Shown here piece by piece: positions 9,793 through 19,703 of a stretch of 62,111 nt of DNA. The stretch is taken from positions 1-62,111 of the forward strand of contig JBGGMJ010000090.1 of assembly GCA_041288095.1 (NCBI GenBank), read 5' to 3'. Both the position numbers and the translations under genes were made by a program. This DNA is from Myxococcota bacterium (GTDB lineage: Bacteria; Myxococcota; XYA12-FULL-58-9; JALHOP01). Within the stretch, counting starts at the first letter, position 1, and each line of letters starts with the position of its first letter. The notes under the pieces were generated by a model. That model was given only the letters and a program-made list of their open reading frames with translations, was not told where the DNA came from and did no database searches.

Positions 9793-10740
9793 ATGCGAAG
9801 AGCCCCCTTTGCCTTTCTCGCCGCCTTGTCTTTCACCGCCTGCGGTGACCCCCCATGGGTAGGAAAGTTCGCGGCCACCTCGACCTGGAACATCAGCGGC
9901 CCACTCGCCGACGGTAGGACGGTTGGGGACGCTGTAGCGGACGTGCTCGTCGGCCAGCTCGTCAGCGTCGCGCCGGTTCCCGGCCCGCTCGAAGGCAGCG
10001 TGCACGAGCTCGTCGATAGTCTACTGCGCGTCCATGTGAAGGGGCTCGTCGATGCGAACGTCCCCGACACATTGAAGCCGACGGGTGCATTGACTCAGGC
10101 GCTCGCGGGGTCGCTCGGCGCGGTCCACGTGGAGAGCACCATCGACCTCGAGGAAGCGACCTTCGACGACATGGAAGGCACGGAGACCCTCGAGCTCGTC
10201 ACCTTCGACATCGCGGGGAGCACCCACGAGCTCGACATCGTCAATCTGCTCGGAACCAGCGGTGCGATGCGCGCCGAGTGGGGTGGTGACGAGGGCGACG
10301 ACGATACCCTCGAGATCGAAGAGCACGACGTGCCCCTGAGCTTCGGCGCGCTGGTGCTGAACATGGCGTCCAAGCTCGTGGATGCCGCGGAGCTCGAGGA
10401 TCTGCAGGCCGGCGTCACCAGCGCCATGAACTGCGGCGATATCGTCGATGCCGTGCTCGGTGGCGATGCGGGGCTCACACTATCGGTGTCGAGCTGGAGT
10501 CACACGATTCCGGCGTCGACCTTCACCGGAGCATGTGACGCCGTGAAGAGCCTCGCCGGCGAGAAGGCGCTCGGCGTCTTCGCGCTCGACGCCGCGGTGA
10601 CCATCGGAGGCAATGTCGGCTTCAGAGAGAGAGGCGATGGCGCGGAGCTCACCAGCAAGCCCGGTTTCGGCGGCATCGTGAACATCGCGCCCGAAGTGAT
10701 CGCGCCGCGGCTCACGGTCGAGATGCGCGCCACGCGCTAG
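9793..10740 (+). CDS. Hypothetical lipoprotein
   Basis: MRRAPFAFLAALSFTAC lipobox; typical codon usage. Confidence 0.75.
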   Translation: MRRAPFAFLAALSFTACGDPPWVGKFAATSTWNISGPLADGRTVGDAVADVLVGQLVSVAPVPGPLEGSVHELVDSLLRVHVKGLVDANVPDTLKPTGALTQALAGSLGAVHVESTIDLEEATFDDMEGTETLELVTFDIAGSTHELDIVNLLGTSGAMRAEWGGDEGDDDTLEIEEHDVPLSFGALVLNMASKLVDAAELEDLQAGVTSAMNCGDIVDAVLGGDAGLTLSVSSWSHTIPASTFTGACDAVKSLAGEKALGVFALDAAVTIGGNVGFRERGDGAELTSKPGFGGIVNIAPEVIAPRLTVEMRATR

Positions 10741-10816
10741 CGGCACGTCTCCTCGCCACGACGTCCCTCACGATTTCAGCAACGTAGCCGCCCTCTCTCA
10801 CGAAGATTCTGGCGGC

Positions 10817-11764
10817 ATGTTGTCGCCGCTTCACGGTTCGTCGTCTTCCCCGGCTTCTTCACCCGCGCCGGTGGCCGTTCCCGAGCCTCCCCAAGCTCCC
10901 ACGGTCGTTCCACCCCCACCCTCACGGGCTCGTGCGCTCTGGCCGCAGGCGGCGATGTTCGGCGGCGGCGCACTCGGGCTCTTCGGGGTCTTCGAGGGCG
11001 CGGCGCCGCTCATCCAACTCGCCGGCACCGTCGATCCACACTTGGTCTTCCCGGCGCGCATGGGCGCCGCCGCGGTGATCGGCGCCGGCGGTGCGACCTC
11101 GATCATCCTCATGGAAACCTCCTACACGGCGACGACCAAGGCGAAGATCGAATCGCTCGATCACGGCACACCGTTCCCCGCCGAGCTCATGCAAGAAGCC
11201 AAGGAGCAACGCGCGCACCTGCCCGGGGAGATCATGAAGGCGGCGGCTATCGCGGCCGGGGTCGGCGCCGCCCTAGGTGGCCTCGTCGCCTATTACCCGA
11301 CGCAGGTTTTGTGGACACTCGCCGGCGCGGTTGCCCTGTCACTCACCTACAGTGTCGGCGGTCTCGCGTTGCATGGCGGCAAGGCCCTCGCGCGTTTCCG
11401 TGACGCCAGGCGGGAAATGGCGGCCGGCAACATGGAGGCCGCCGTCGCAAGCTCCAGCGCTGGACGTCGGAGCCTACAGAAAGCGGGCCTCGCGACGCTC
11501 GACACCGTCACCGTCGCCGCCGTCACCCATCACATGGTCGACGAGGTCAAGCACCTGCTCCATGATAGCGGACACCACAACGGCGCCAAGGTCGTCGCCT
11601 CCTCCGCCGAGCAGATCGGCGGCGCCATGGAATCGGTCGGCGAGGTCGCCGAAGCACTCGGCGTCGGCGCCCGCGAAGCGAGCGAGGCCGCGGTCGCGGT
11701 GCGCCAATCGCGCATCGCCCGAGTCCTGAGCGGCGTCGGCTTACCGCGCGCCAACCGCGACTAG
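10817..11764 (+). CDS. Hypothetical membrane protein with Ser/Pro-rich N-terminus
   Basis: 315-aa ORF; several Gly/Ala-rich hydrophobic segments; no Sec signal. Confidence 0.6.
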   Translation: MLSPLHGSSSSPASSPAPVAVPEPPQAPTVVPPPPSRARALWPQAAMFGGGALGLFGVFEGAAPLIQLAGTVDPHLVFPARMGAAAVIGAGGATSIILMETSYTATTKAKIESLDHGTPFPAELMQEAKEQRAHLPGEIMKAAAIAAGVGAALGGLVAYYPTQVLWTLAGAVALSLTYSVGGLALHGGKALARFRDARREMAAGNMEAAVASSSAGRRSLQKAGLATLDTVTVAAVTHHMVDEVKHLLHDSGHHNGAKVVASSAEQIGGAMESVGEVAEALGVGAREASEAAVAVRQSRIARVLSGVGLPRANRD

Positions 11765-11786
11765 ATCAAATGGTAAGTGTCCCCAA

Positions 11787-13331
11787 TTAGCCTTCGATGA
11801 GGCGGACGATCTGCGTCGGATCGACGGGCTTCACCAGGTGCATGTCGAAGCCCGCGGCGCGGCTCTTGTGGCGGTCTTCGGCGCGGCCATAGCCGGTGAG
11901 GGCGATGAGCACGCACGTTCGGCCGAGCAGCTCGCGCATGCGTCGCGCCAGCTCGTGCCCGTCCATGATCGGGAGTCCGATATCGAGGACGGCCGTGTCG
12001 GGTCTGAACTCGCTGACGATGTTCATCGCTTCGACGCCGTCGTGGGCTACGCGCACTTCGTGGCCGCGGGTGCTCAGGAGCTCCGCCAGGAGGAGCGCGG
12101 CATCGGCGTTGTCGTCGACCACGAGCACACGGCGTTTGCGAGATGCTTCCTTCGCCAATGGGCGCTGGCCCGGACGCTGATCGACGGCGGTGATCTCCGT
12201 CGGCAAGCGAATCACGAACGTGCTGCCATGCCCCGGTCCATCGCTGTACGCTCTGACGGACCCGCCGTGGAGCTGCAGCAAGCTACGCACGAGCGTGAGT
12301 CCGATTCCCAAGCCGCCGCCCGAGCGATCGACGCCGCGCGGAGCCTGTACGAACGGGTCGAAGATACGAGGCAGCAGGTCGGCGGCGATGCCGACACCGT
12401 TGTCTTCGACCCGCAGCACGATGTCGTCACTCTCGCGGCCGCCGCGCACGGCGATGGTGCCGCCCTGGTCGGTGTACTTGGCGGCGTTGGTGAGCAAGTT
12501 GGCGACGACTTGCGCCATGCGCACCGCGTCGCCGCTGAAGTCGAGGCCCGACGGCGGCACGTCGATGGTGAGCGTGTGCTGCCGTGCCTCGATGAGCGGG
12601 CGCGCCATGTCGATGGCGCTGGCCACGACCTCCGCCAGCTCCAGAGGCTGCATCTTGAGGTCGACCTTGCCCTGGCTGATGCGCGAGACGTCGAGCAGGT
12701 CGTCGACCAGGCGCACCATGTGCTGCACCTGACGCTCGATGATGTGCCGTTCCCTAGCGAGCTCGTCGGAGCCCGGCCGCATCTTCATGAGCTGGAGCGC
12801 GGTGACGATGGGCGCGAGCGGGTTGCGCAGCTCGTGGCTGAGCATTGCGAGAAACTCGTCTTTCGTGCGGTTCGTCTCCTCCGCCGCGACGAGCTGGGCG
12901 CGCTCTTCATCGGCGCGGCGCCGCTCGGTGAGGTCGCGGGTCACCTTGGCGAAGCCGAGCAGCCGCTGTTCGCTATCGCGGATGGCACTTATGACGACGT
13001 TGGCCCAGAACCGCGATCCGTCCTTGCGAATGCGCCACCCTTCCTCTTCGAAACGGCCGGTCTCGGTCGCGATTTCGAGCTCGCGCTCGCACTTGCCGGA
13101 CGCGATGTCCTCCGGCGGATAGAACACTGAGAAGTGGCTGCCAATGATCTCGTCGGCGGTGTAACCCTTGAAACGCTGCGCGCCCGGGTTCCACGAAGCA
13201 ACGCGGCCGGTGCGGTCGAGCATGAAGATGGCGTAGTCGCGGATGCTGTCGACGAGCAAACGAAAGCTCGTCTCGCTGACCCGCAGCTCTTCTTCGGTGT
13301 CGATTCGATTCGCGGAGTCGCGCTTGGTCAA
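11787..13331 (-). CDS. PAS-domain hybrid sensor histidine kinase/response regulator
   Basis: PAS 'DYAIFMLD...WNPGA', HisKA 'SHELRNPL', HATPase 'NLLTNAAKY...DNGVG...GLGIGL', C-terminal REC domain. Confidence 0.95.
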   Translation of the reverse strand: MTKRDSANRIDTEEELRVSETSFRLLVDSIRDYAIFMLDRTGRVASWNPGAQRFKGYTADEIIGSHFSVFYPPEDIASGKCERELEIATETGRFEEEGWRIRKDGSRFWANVVISAIRDSEQRLLGFAKVTRDLTERRRADEERAQLVAAEETNRTKDEFLAMLSHELRNPLAPIVTALQLMKMRPGSDELARERHIIERQVQHMVRLVDDLLDVSRISQGKVDLKMQPLELAEVVASAIDMARPLIEARQHTLTIDVPPSGLDFSGDAVRMAQVVANLLTNAAKYTDQGGTIAVRGGRESDDIVLRVEDNGVGIAADLLPRIFDPFVQAPRGVDRSGGGLGIGLTLVRSLLQLHGGSVRAYSDGPGHGSTFVIRLPTEITAVDQRPGQRPLAKEASRKRRVLVVDDNADAALLLAELLSTRGHEVRVAHDGVEAMNIVSEFRPDTAVLDIGLPIMDGHELARRMRELLGRTCVLIALTGYGRAEDRHKSRAAGFDMHLVKPVDPTQIVRLIEG

Positions 13332-13432
13332 CAGAGGTCCCTCATTTGCGCGGTCGATCCCCGGTCCGAGACGCTAGTGGACGCGCTCCGGCTCGTGCAA
13401 CATAGCGATTCCCCGACCGAGTCGCACCCCCA

Positions 13433-14218
13433 ATGCCCGAGATTTCAGACATCGACGATCCGCGAGTAGCAGGCTTTCGGAACCTGCCGAGCCGGGCCGA
13501 TCCCGCGGGTCCCCGCATCATCGTCGAGAGCGAGCTTGCGGTGCGCCGCTTACTCGCGAGCTCGACCCGTGCCCTCGCCGTGCTGGCGGTGGACAAGCGC
13601 GCCGCGCACCTCGATGTCCCCGAAGACGTGCCGCTCTACACATGCAACCAGCGTACCCTCGACGCCATCGTCGGCTTCCCGATGCATCGCGGCGCCATCG
13701 CCCTCGCCGACCGGCCACACACTGGTCTCGATGCCCTGGTCACGGCGCTCGCCGCGCCCGGCATCGTGCTCTGCGCCTCAGGAGTGAGCGACCCGGCGAA
13801 CCTTGGCTCCCTCGCCCGCAACGCCCGTGCTCTCGGAGCCGCCGGCCTGCTCATCGACCCCCGCGGTGGCGACATCTATGCCCGCAAAGCGATTCGCACC
13901 TCGATGGGCAACGTCTTCGCACAGACCGTGGTGGTCACCGAAATCGCGGCCGCGATCGCCGGCCTCGAGCGCGCCTTTCCGGCGCTCCAGGTGGCCGCCG
14001 CGACCCTCTCCGAGCGCGCCATCGACGTCGCGACGTTCACGCCCCCCGATCGCCTCGTGCTCATCGTCGGCAACGAAGGCAGCGGCGTGCCGGCGGATGT
14101 CTTGGCCCTCGCTCATCACGAGCTGACGGTGCCGATGCACAGCGGCGCTGATTCGCTCAACGTCGCCGCCGCCAGCGCCGTCTTCCTCTACGCCTTGGGC
14201 CTATCGCAACCCCGCTAA
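13433..14218 (+). CDS. SpoU/TrmH-family RNA methyltransferase
   Basis: 'DPANLGSLAR', 'GNEGSG', 'DSLNVAAA'. Confidence 0.92.
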   Translation: MPEISDIDDPRVAGFRNLPSRADPAGPRIIVESELAVRRLLASSTRALAVLAVDKRAAHLDVPEDVPLYTCNQRTLDAIVGFPMHRGAIALADRPHTGLDALVTALAAPGIVLCASGVSDPANLGSLARNARALGAAGLLIDPRGGDIYARKAIRTSMGNVFAQTVVVTEIAAAIAGLERAFPALQVAAATLSERAIDVATFTPPDRLVLIVGNEGSGVPADVLALAHHELTVPMHSGADSLNVAAASAVFLYALGLSQPR

Positions 14219-14238
14219 AAACCTCATCCAAAACCGAC

Positions 14239-14265
14239 GAAACGTCCTGGGCCGAACGCCGATAA
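14239..14265 (+). promoter_or_regulatory. Sigma28 (FliA)-like promoter
   Basis: GAAACGTC-N11-GCCGATAA, 23 nt before the ATG at 14289; perfect FliA -10 element with canonical spacing. Confidence 0.6.
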
Positions 14266-14288
14266 CGGCCAAATCCCAAGGACAATTC

Positions 14289-16154
14289 ATGACTATCAAG
14301 CGAACTTCCCCGTCCGCAGGCACCTCTCCGTCCATCTCGGCTCCCGCGGCAGCTCCGGCGAAAGCCGCGTCCGCTAAGCCCAAGGTCGCCCTCCAGGCCG
14401 CCAACAGCGACAAGATCCCGTTCGGGCTGACCTTCAAGCAGGGCATCGAGACCGTCGCCATGGAACGCGCCCGCGAAGCGGTCGCCCGTGGTGCCGCGAC
14501 GCCGGCGCAGGTCGGCATGGTGAACGCGATGGGTGGCGCCAAGTTCGCCGGCCCTAGTGTCAGCCGCATCCGTGAAGACGGCGACAGCGGCCAGCAAACC
14601 ATCGAGAAGAATCCGAAGATCACGGTGTGGACCAAGGAAAACCGTGTCCGCAGCGGCGACCAGACCACCGTCGTCGAGCTCCCGCGCGAAGTCGTCCTCA
14701 CGCCCGAAGGCGTGAAGGTGATGCTCCTCCACGTGAGCGGCGAAAATGCGATCTCCACCGTGCAGGGTCACGCGCCCTTCGCCGAGCAAGCCAACGTTCC
14801 CAGCGACGCCTTCGTGCAGTCGCAGACCGTGCACACTCTCGCGAGCTTCCTCGGCAAGCTCGAGGGCATGAAGCTCGATCTCGCGTCCGTCTACAAGGAC
14901 CGCAGCAACTTCAACGGCGTCATCCGCGTGTTCGTGAACGCGATGGACATCCTCAACGCCGCCTACGTGCCGGGCAAGAACATCTACTTTTTCGGCAATC
15001 ACAAGAAGACCTTCCCGCTCGCGGCCGACAAGGACACCGTCGTCCATGAAGCGAGCCACGGCCTGCTCGAGCATCTCGTGCCCGGACTCGTCCGCGGTAA
15101 CGGAGAGGGCGGCGCCTGGCACGAAGCCTTCGGCGACTTGATGGCGTGCCTCTATCACCGCAACCCCGGCCTCGGTGAGGACCTCGGCACCTTCCTCGTG
15201 CAGCAAGGCGAAGCGCCGGAGGAAATGCGCGGAGGCATCCGCCGCGTCGACAACAAGGATGTCCTGAGCCCAGAGGTCAAGGAAGTCCACGATCGCGGAC
15301 TCGTCTATTCGGGCCTCATGTGGAGCACCGCCAGCAAGCTGGCGAAGATGCTCGGCAACGAAGAGCAGGCCGCGGACATCATGATGGGCGCCATCGTCAA
15401 GGCGAACCTCTACATCACGACGCAGAACCCGACGAGCAGCGACATCGTGCGCGCGCTGGCCGAGGGCATGCGCGCTCACCTCGCCAAGCACGCGCCGCAG
15501 GCCGCGGAGCCGCTCATCAAGGCCATGCTCGCAGAGGCCAAGGAGCGTCAGATGCTGAACGTCGGCTTGACGCAGGCGCTCGAAGGCAAGGCGCAGGCCG
15601 CGAACGGCGAAGACATCGTCAAGCTCCTCAAGCAGGTGCCGCAGATCGCCGAGCGCAAGGACATCCAGTTCGAGATCCTCTCGGACCGCGTCTTCGACAA
15701 TGTCCGCAAGGTCACGGTGCGGCCGGTCATCACCAACGCCACCGGGACGCTCAAGCTCCCAGTCGACGACGCCGCGGTCACCGCGGTCATCGAAGACGGC
15801 CAGGTGTTCTCGATGGACGTCTCCACCCTGAAGATCCCGCCGAAGTACAACCTCGAGAACGGCTTGCCCGAGCTCGCCAAGGGCGTCGAAGCCGCGAAGG
15901 AGATCATCCAGCGCGACCTCATGGCGGCGGCGATGCAAGGGAGCGAAGGCGCCATGCGCATCCTCGAGGCCTTCGATACGTTGTTCGCCGAAGCGAACAT
16001 CCAGGCGGAATGGGTCGTGTCGCGCGGACGCATCTGCATCGTGCTCTCGACGCTGGCTGGCGACTTCGTGGTCGACGTCCAAGAGGGTAAAGTCTGGCCG
16101 CGCGGCGCCCTGACCTTCGAGAGCCGCCACCGTCACATCACCGCGAAGAACTGA
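14289..16154 (+). CDS. Thermolysin-like (M4/M36) zinc metalloprotease without signal peptide
   Basis: 'NAAY', HExxH (HEASH), third ligand 'HEAFGD', 'EVHDRG'; S/T/P/A-rich N-terminus. Confidence 0.85.
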   Translation: MTIKRTSPSAGTSPSISAPAAAPAKAASAKPKVALQAANSDKIPFGLTFKQGIETVAMERAREAVARGAATPAQVGMVNAMGGAKFAGPSVSRIREDGDSGQQTIEKNPKITVWTKENRVRSGDQTTVVELPREVVLTPEGVKVMLLHVSGENAISTVQGHAPFAEQANVPSDAFVQSQTVHTLASFLGKLEGMKLDLASVYKDRSNFNGVIRVFVNAMDILNAAYVPGKNIYFFGNHKKTFPLAADKDTVVHEASHGLLEHLVPGLVRGNGEGGAWHEAFGDLMACLYHRNPGLGEDLGTFLVQQGEAPEEMRGGIRRVDNKDVLSPEVKEVHDRGLVYSGLMWSTASKLAKMLGNEEQAADIMMGAIVKANLYITTQNPTSSDIVRALAEGMRAHLAKHAPQAAEPLIKAMLAEAKERQMLNVGLTQALEGKAQAANGEDIVKLLKQVPQIAERKDIQFEILSDRVFDNVRKVTVRPVITNATGTLKLPVDDAAVTAVIEDGQVFSMDVSTLKIPPKYNLENGLPELAKGVEAAKEIIQRDLMAAAMQGSEGAMRILEAFDTLFAEANIQAEWVVSRGRICIVLSTLAGDFVVDVQEGKVWPRGALTFESRHRHITAKN

Positions 16155-16822
16155 TGAAGCGCGTCGCCCTCCTTCTGGTGCTCGGTCTGCTCACCGCCTG
16201 TGGCGGCGAGAGCAACAACGACCGCACGCCGGGGGATGGCGACGAGGTGCTTGGCGACCACGACGGAGACGGGGATTCGGCCGGCGACGGTGACGAGGAC
16301 GGCGACAGCGGCGATGAGGACGGTGGCGACGATGCCGGCGATGGCGACGGCGCGCCGGGCTGTCCCGCGAACACCTACGGTCCCTCGTGTACGGCGTGCA
16401 ACTGCAACCACGGGACCTGCGACGACGGCATCACCGGCACTGGCACCTGCGTATGCAATGCGGGCTGGGAAGGCGCGAGCTGCGATGGTTGCCTAGCGGA
16501 ACACTACGGCCCGACCTGTGCGCCGTGTCTCTGCCAGAACGGCATCTGTGACGACGGTCTCGCCGGCGATGGCTACTGCATCGCCTGCGACGCGGGCAAC
16601 TACGGACAGACCTGCGCGGATTGCCTCTGCCAGAACGGTGTCTGCAATCAAGGTGTACTGGGCGACGGCCACTGCACCCAGTGCAACCTCAACTATTACG
16701 GCAACGACTGCGCCACGGCCTGCACCTGTGTGAACGGCAATTGCGACTATGGCGTCTCGGGCTCGGGCTCGTGCTCGTGTTTCGCGAGCTGGTCGGGCCT
16801 CAACTGCGACATTCCGGACTGA
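16154..16822 (+). CDS. Lipoprotein with Gly-Asp linker and EGF/laminin-like Cys-rich repeats
   Basis: Lipobox LTAC; DGDGD run; repeats 'YGPxC..C.C.NG.C.DG..G.G.C'. Confidence 0.85.
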   Translation: MKRVALLLVLGLLTACGGESNNDRTPGDGDEVLGDHDGDGDSAGDGDEDGDSGDEDGGDDAGDGDGAPGCPANTYGPSCTACNCNHGTCDDGITGTGTCVCNAGWEGASCDGCLAEHYGPTCAPCLCQNGICDDGLAGDGYCIACDAGNYGQTCADCLCQNGVCNQGVLGDGHCTQCNLNYYGNDCATACTCVNGNCDYGVSGSGSCSCFASWSGLNCDIPD

Positions 16823-16823
16823 G

Positions 16824-17209
16824 CTAGGCGCCGACGCCGGGCAAGATGGCATCGGTGATCTCGACGAGGTCGCCGTTGGTACCGATGCAAACGACGTCGA
16901 CGTCGGCGCGCACCACGATTTCGTTGTCGCGCTTGGCGACTTGCAGGAACGTGACGCGGAACTGCGACGAGCGCTTCATGTCCGTCGTAATGGACAAGAC
17001 GTCGCCGAGCTTCGCCGGCCGCGAGAACTTGATCTTCATCTCGTGAACCACGAAGCGAAAGCCGAGCGACTGCGCTCGTGCGAGCCCTACCCCGCTCTTG
17101 TCGAGCACATCGGTGCGGCCGCGCTCGAAGTACTTGAGATAGTTCGCGTGGTAGACGATGCCCTGCGCATCGGTGTCTTCGAGATAGATTTTGACGCTCG
17201 AGTTGTAGC

Positions 17210-17213
<4 letters not shown>
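16824..17213 (-). CDS. ybgC: YbgC/FadM acyl-CoA thioesterase
   Basis: 'YLEDTDAQGIVYHANYLKYFERGR'. Confidence 0.9.
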
Positions 17214-17916
<703 letters not shown>

Positions 17917-17917
<1 letters not shown>

Positions 17918-18684
17918 CAGGCCACCCCCAAGTACGCTTCGACGACCTTCGGGTCGTTCTGCACCTCGGCGGGCGCGCCCTGGGCGATGACGACGCCGTG
18001 GTCGAGGACGGTGATGCGGCCGCAAATCTGCATGACCAAACCCATGTCGTGCTCGATGAGCAAGACGGTGAGGCCGAAGTCGCGCCGGATGAGATCGATG
18101 AGGTCCCGCAGCGCGACCTTCTCTTGCGGGTTCATTCCCGCCGCCGGCTCGTCGAGCAAGAGCACCTTGGGGCGCGTCGCAACCGCGCGCGCAATCTCGA
18201 GGCGCCGCTGATCGCCGTACGGTAAGCTCGCCGCCGGCTCGTTGGCGCGGTTAGCGAGCCCGAAGATCTCGAGCAGCCGCATGGCCTGCGCCGTCATGTC
18301 CCGCTCCGCGGCGTAGTGCGAAGGCGTGCGCAAGATCGCCGCCGCCATGGTGTGCTTGGCCCGCGGATGACAGGCGACACGCACGTTGTCGACGACCGAG
18401 AGACTCGCGAAGAGACGAATATTCTGGAAGGTGCGCGACATGCCCGCGGCCGCGATCTGATACGGCTTCCTCCCTGTGATCTCTTGTCCGCCCAAGCGGA
18501 TGGTGCCGGCGTCCGGCTGATACACCCCCGTGAGCAAGTTGAAGCAGGTGGTCTTCCCCGCGCCGTTCGGGCCAATGAGCGCCTGCAGGTCTCCTTCAGC
18601 CAGCGACAGACGGAATTCGCTGACCGCGGCGAGGCCGCCGAAGGTCTTCGAGACGCCCGCCACCTCGAGCACCGGAGCGCTCAT
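17917..18684 (-). CDS. livG: Branched-chain amino acid ABC transporter ATPase
   Basis: GPNGAGKTT, RTFQNIRLF, LPYGDQRRLEIAR, DEPAAGMN, IEHDM. Confidence 0.93.
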
Positions 18685-19703
18685 GTCGCGGCTCCGCGGC
18701 GCTTACGGAGGTCCCAGAGCTCGCGCACGCCGAACAGCCCCTGCGGGCGCGACAACATGACGACGATCAGCAAGAGCGCATAGACGATGAGGCGATACTC
18801 CGCGAACGAGCGCAACGCCTCCGGGAGAATAGTGAGGAAAGCGGCCGCGATGACGGACCCTGAGATCGAGCCCATGCCGCCGAGCACGACCATGATGACG
18901 ATGTCGAACGATTTCTGGAAGCCGAGCTCGCGCGGCGTAAGCGTGACGCCAACTTCATGGGCGTAGAGCACGCCGGCGATACCCGCGAAGAACGCGGCCA
19001 GCGCGAAGGCGCGCACCTTCAAGCGCGTGGTGTGCACGCCCATCGCCTCGGCGGCCAGCTCGTTTTCGCGGATCGACAGGAAGGCGCGACCGTAGGTCGA
19101 TTCCTTCAAGCGGTAGGCCACGAGCACGGTCAGGCCGCAAAACACGTAGACCGCGAGCGGCGTCGTGTAGAACGGGACGCCGGTGAAGCCCAAGGCGCCG
19201 CCGACCTTGGTGATGACGGCGAACGGCAACGCCTCGCGCACCGCGACGGCGTCGGTGAGCACGTCGTCACTACGCTGCAACATGACGCGCAAGATCTCTC
19301 CGAAGCCGAGCGTGACGATGGCCAGGTAGTCACCGCGCAGGCGCAACGACGGCAGCCCGACGATGTAGCCGAAGGCCGCGGCGATGAGCCCCCCGGCGAG
19401 ACAGCCGACGATGAACAGTGCCTGGCCGGCGCCGCCCTGCTCCGCCGCCGAGCCCCAGACGGCGAACGAGCCGTAATACGTGACGATGGCGCCGACATAA
19501 CCGCCAATGGCCATGAAGCCCGCGTGCCCAATCGAGAACTGCCCGGTGAAGCCGTTGACGATGTTGAGCGACACCGCGAGCATGGCGTTGATGCCGATGT
19601 CGACGATGACCTTGCCGTAGAACGGGCCGATGAGCGGCACGAGGAGCGTGTGCACCATGACCGCGATGACGAGCACCGCCGCGACGGGCGCTACGCTCTT
19701 CAT
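18681..19703 (-). CDS. livM: Branched-chain amino acid ABC transporter permease
   Basis: 'GQFSIGHAGF', 'RLRGDYLAIVTLGFGEI', 'VVLGGMGS'. Confidence 0.93.
   Translation of the reverse strand: MKSVAPVAAVLVIAVMVHTLLVPLIGPFYGKVIVDIGINAMLAVSLNIVNGFTGQFSIGHAGFMAIGGYVGAIVTYYGSFAVWGSAAEQGGAGQALFIVGCLAGGLIAAAFGYIVGLPSLRLRGDYLAIVTLGFGEILRVMLQRSDDVLTDAVAVREALPFAVITKVGGALGFTGVPFYTTPLAVYVFCGLTVLVAYRLKESTYGRAFLSIRENELAAEAMGVHTTRLKVRAFALAAFFAGIAGVLYAHEVGVTLTPRELGFQKSFDIVIMVVLGGMGSISGSVIAAAFLTILPEALRSFAEYRLIVYALLLIVVMLSRPQGLFGVRELWDLRKRRGAAT

Noticed and set aside
4191..11764. Integrative element or island at tRNA-Cys
   Set aside because: No integrase, no duplicated tRNA 3' end noticed, and composition similar to the flanks
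14157..16136. Long antisense ORFs (also 33506-35431, 11838-13130, 53537-54958, 8395-9627 and others)
   Set aside because: Shadow frames of genuine high-GC3 genes on the opposite strand, with no recognisable motifs
16230..16360. GGCGAC-type tandem DNA repeats as a possible array
   Set aside because: Explained by the Gly-Asp linker of the lipoprotein; no spacer structure, so not CRISPR
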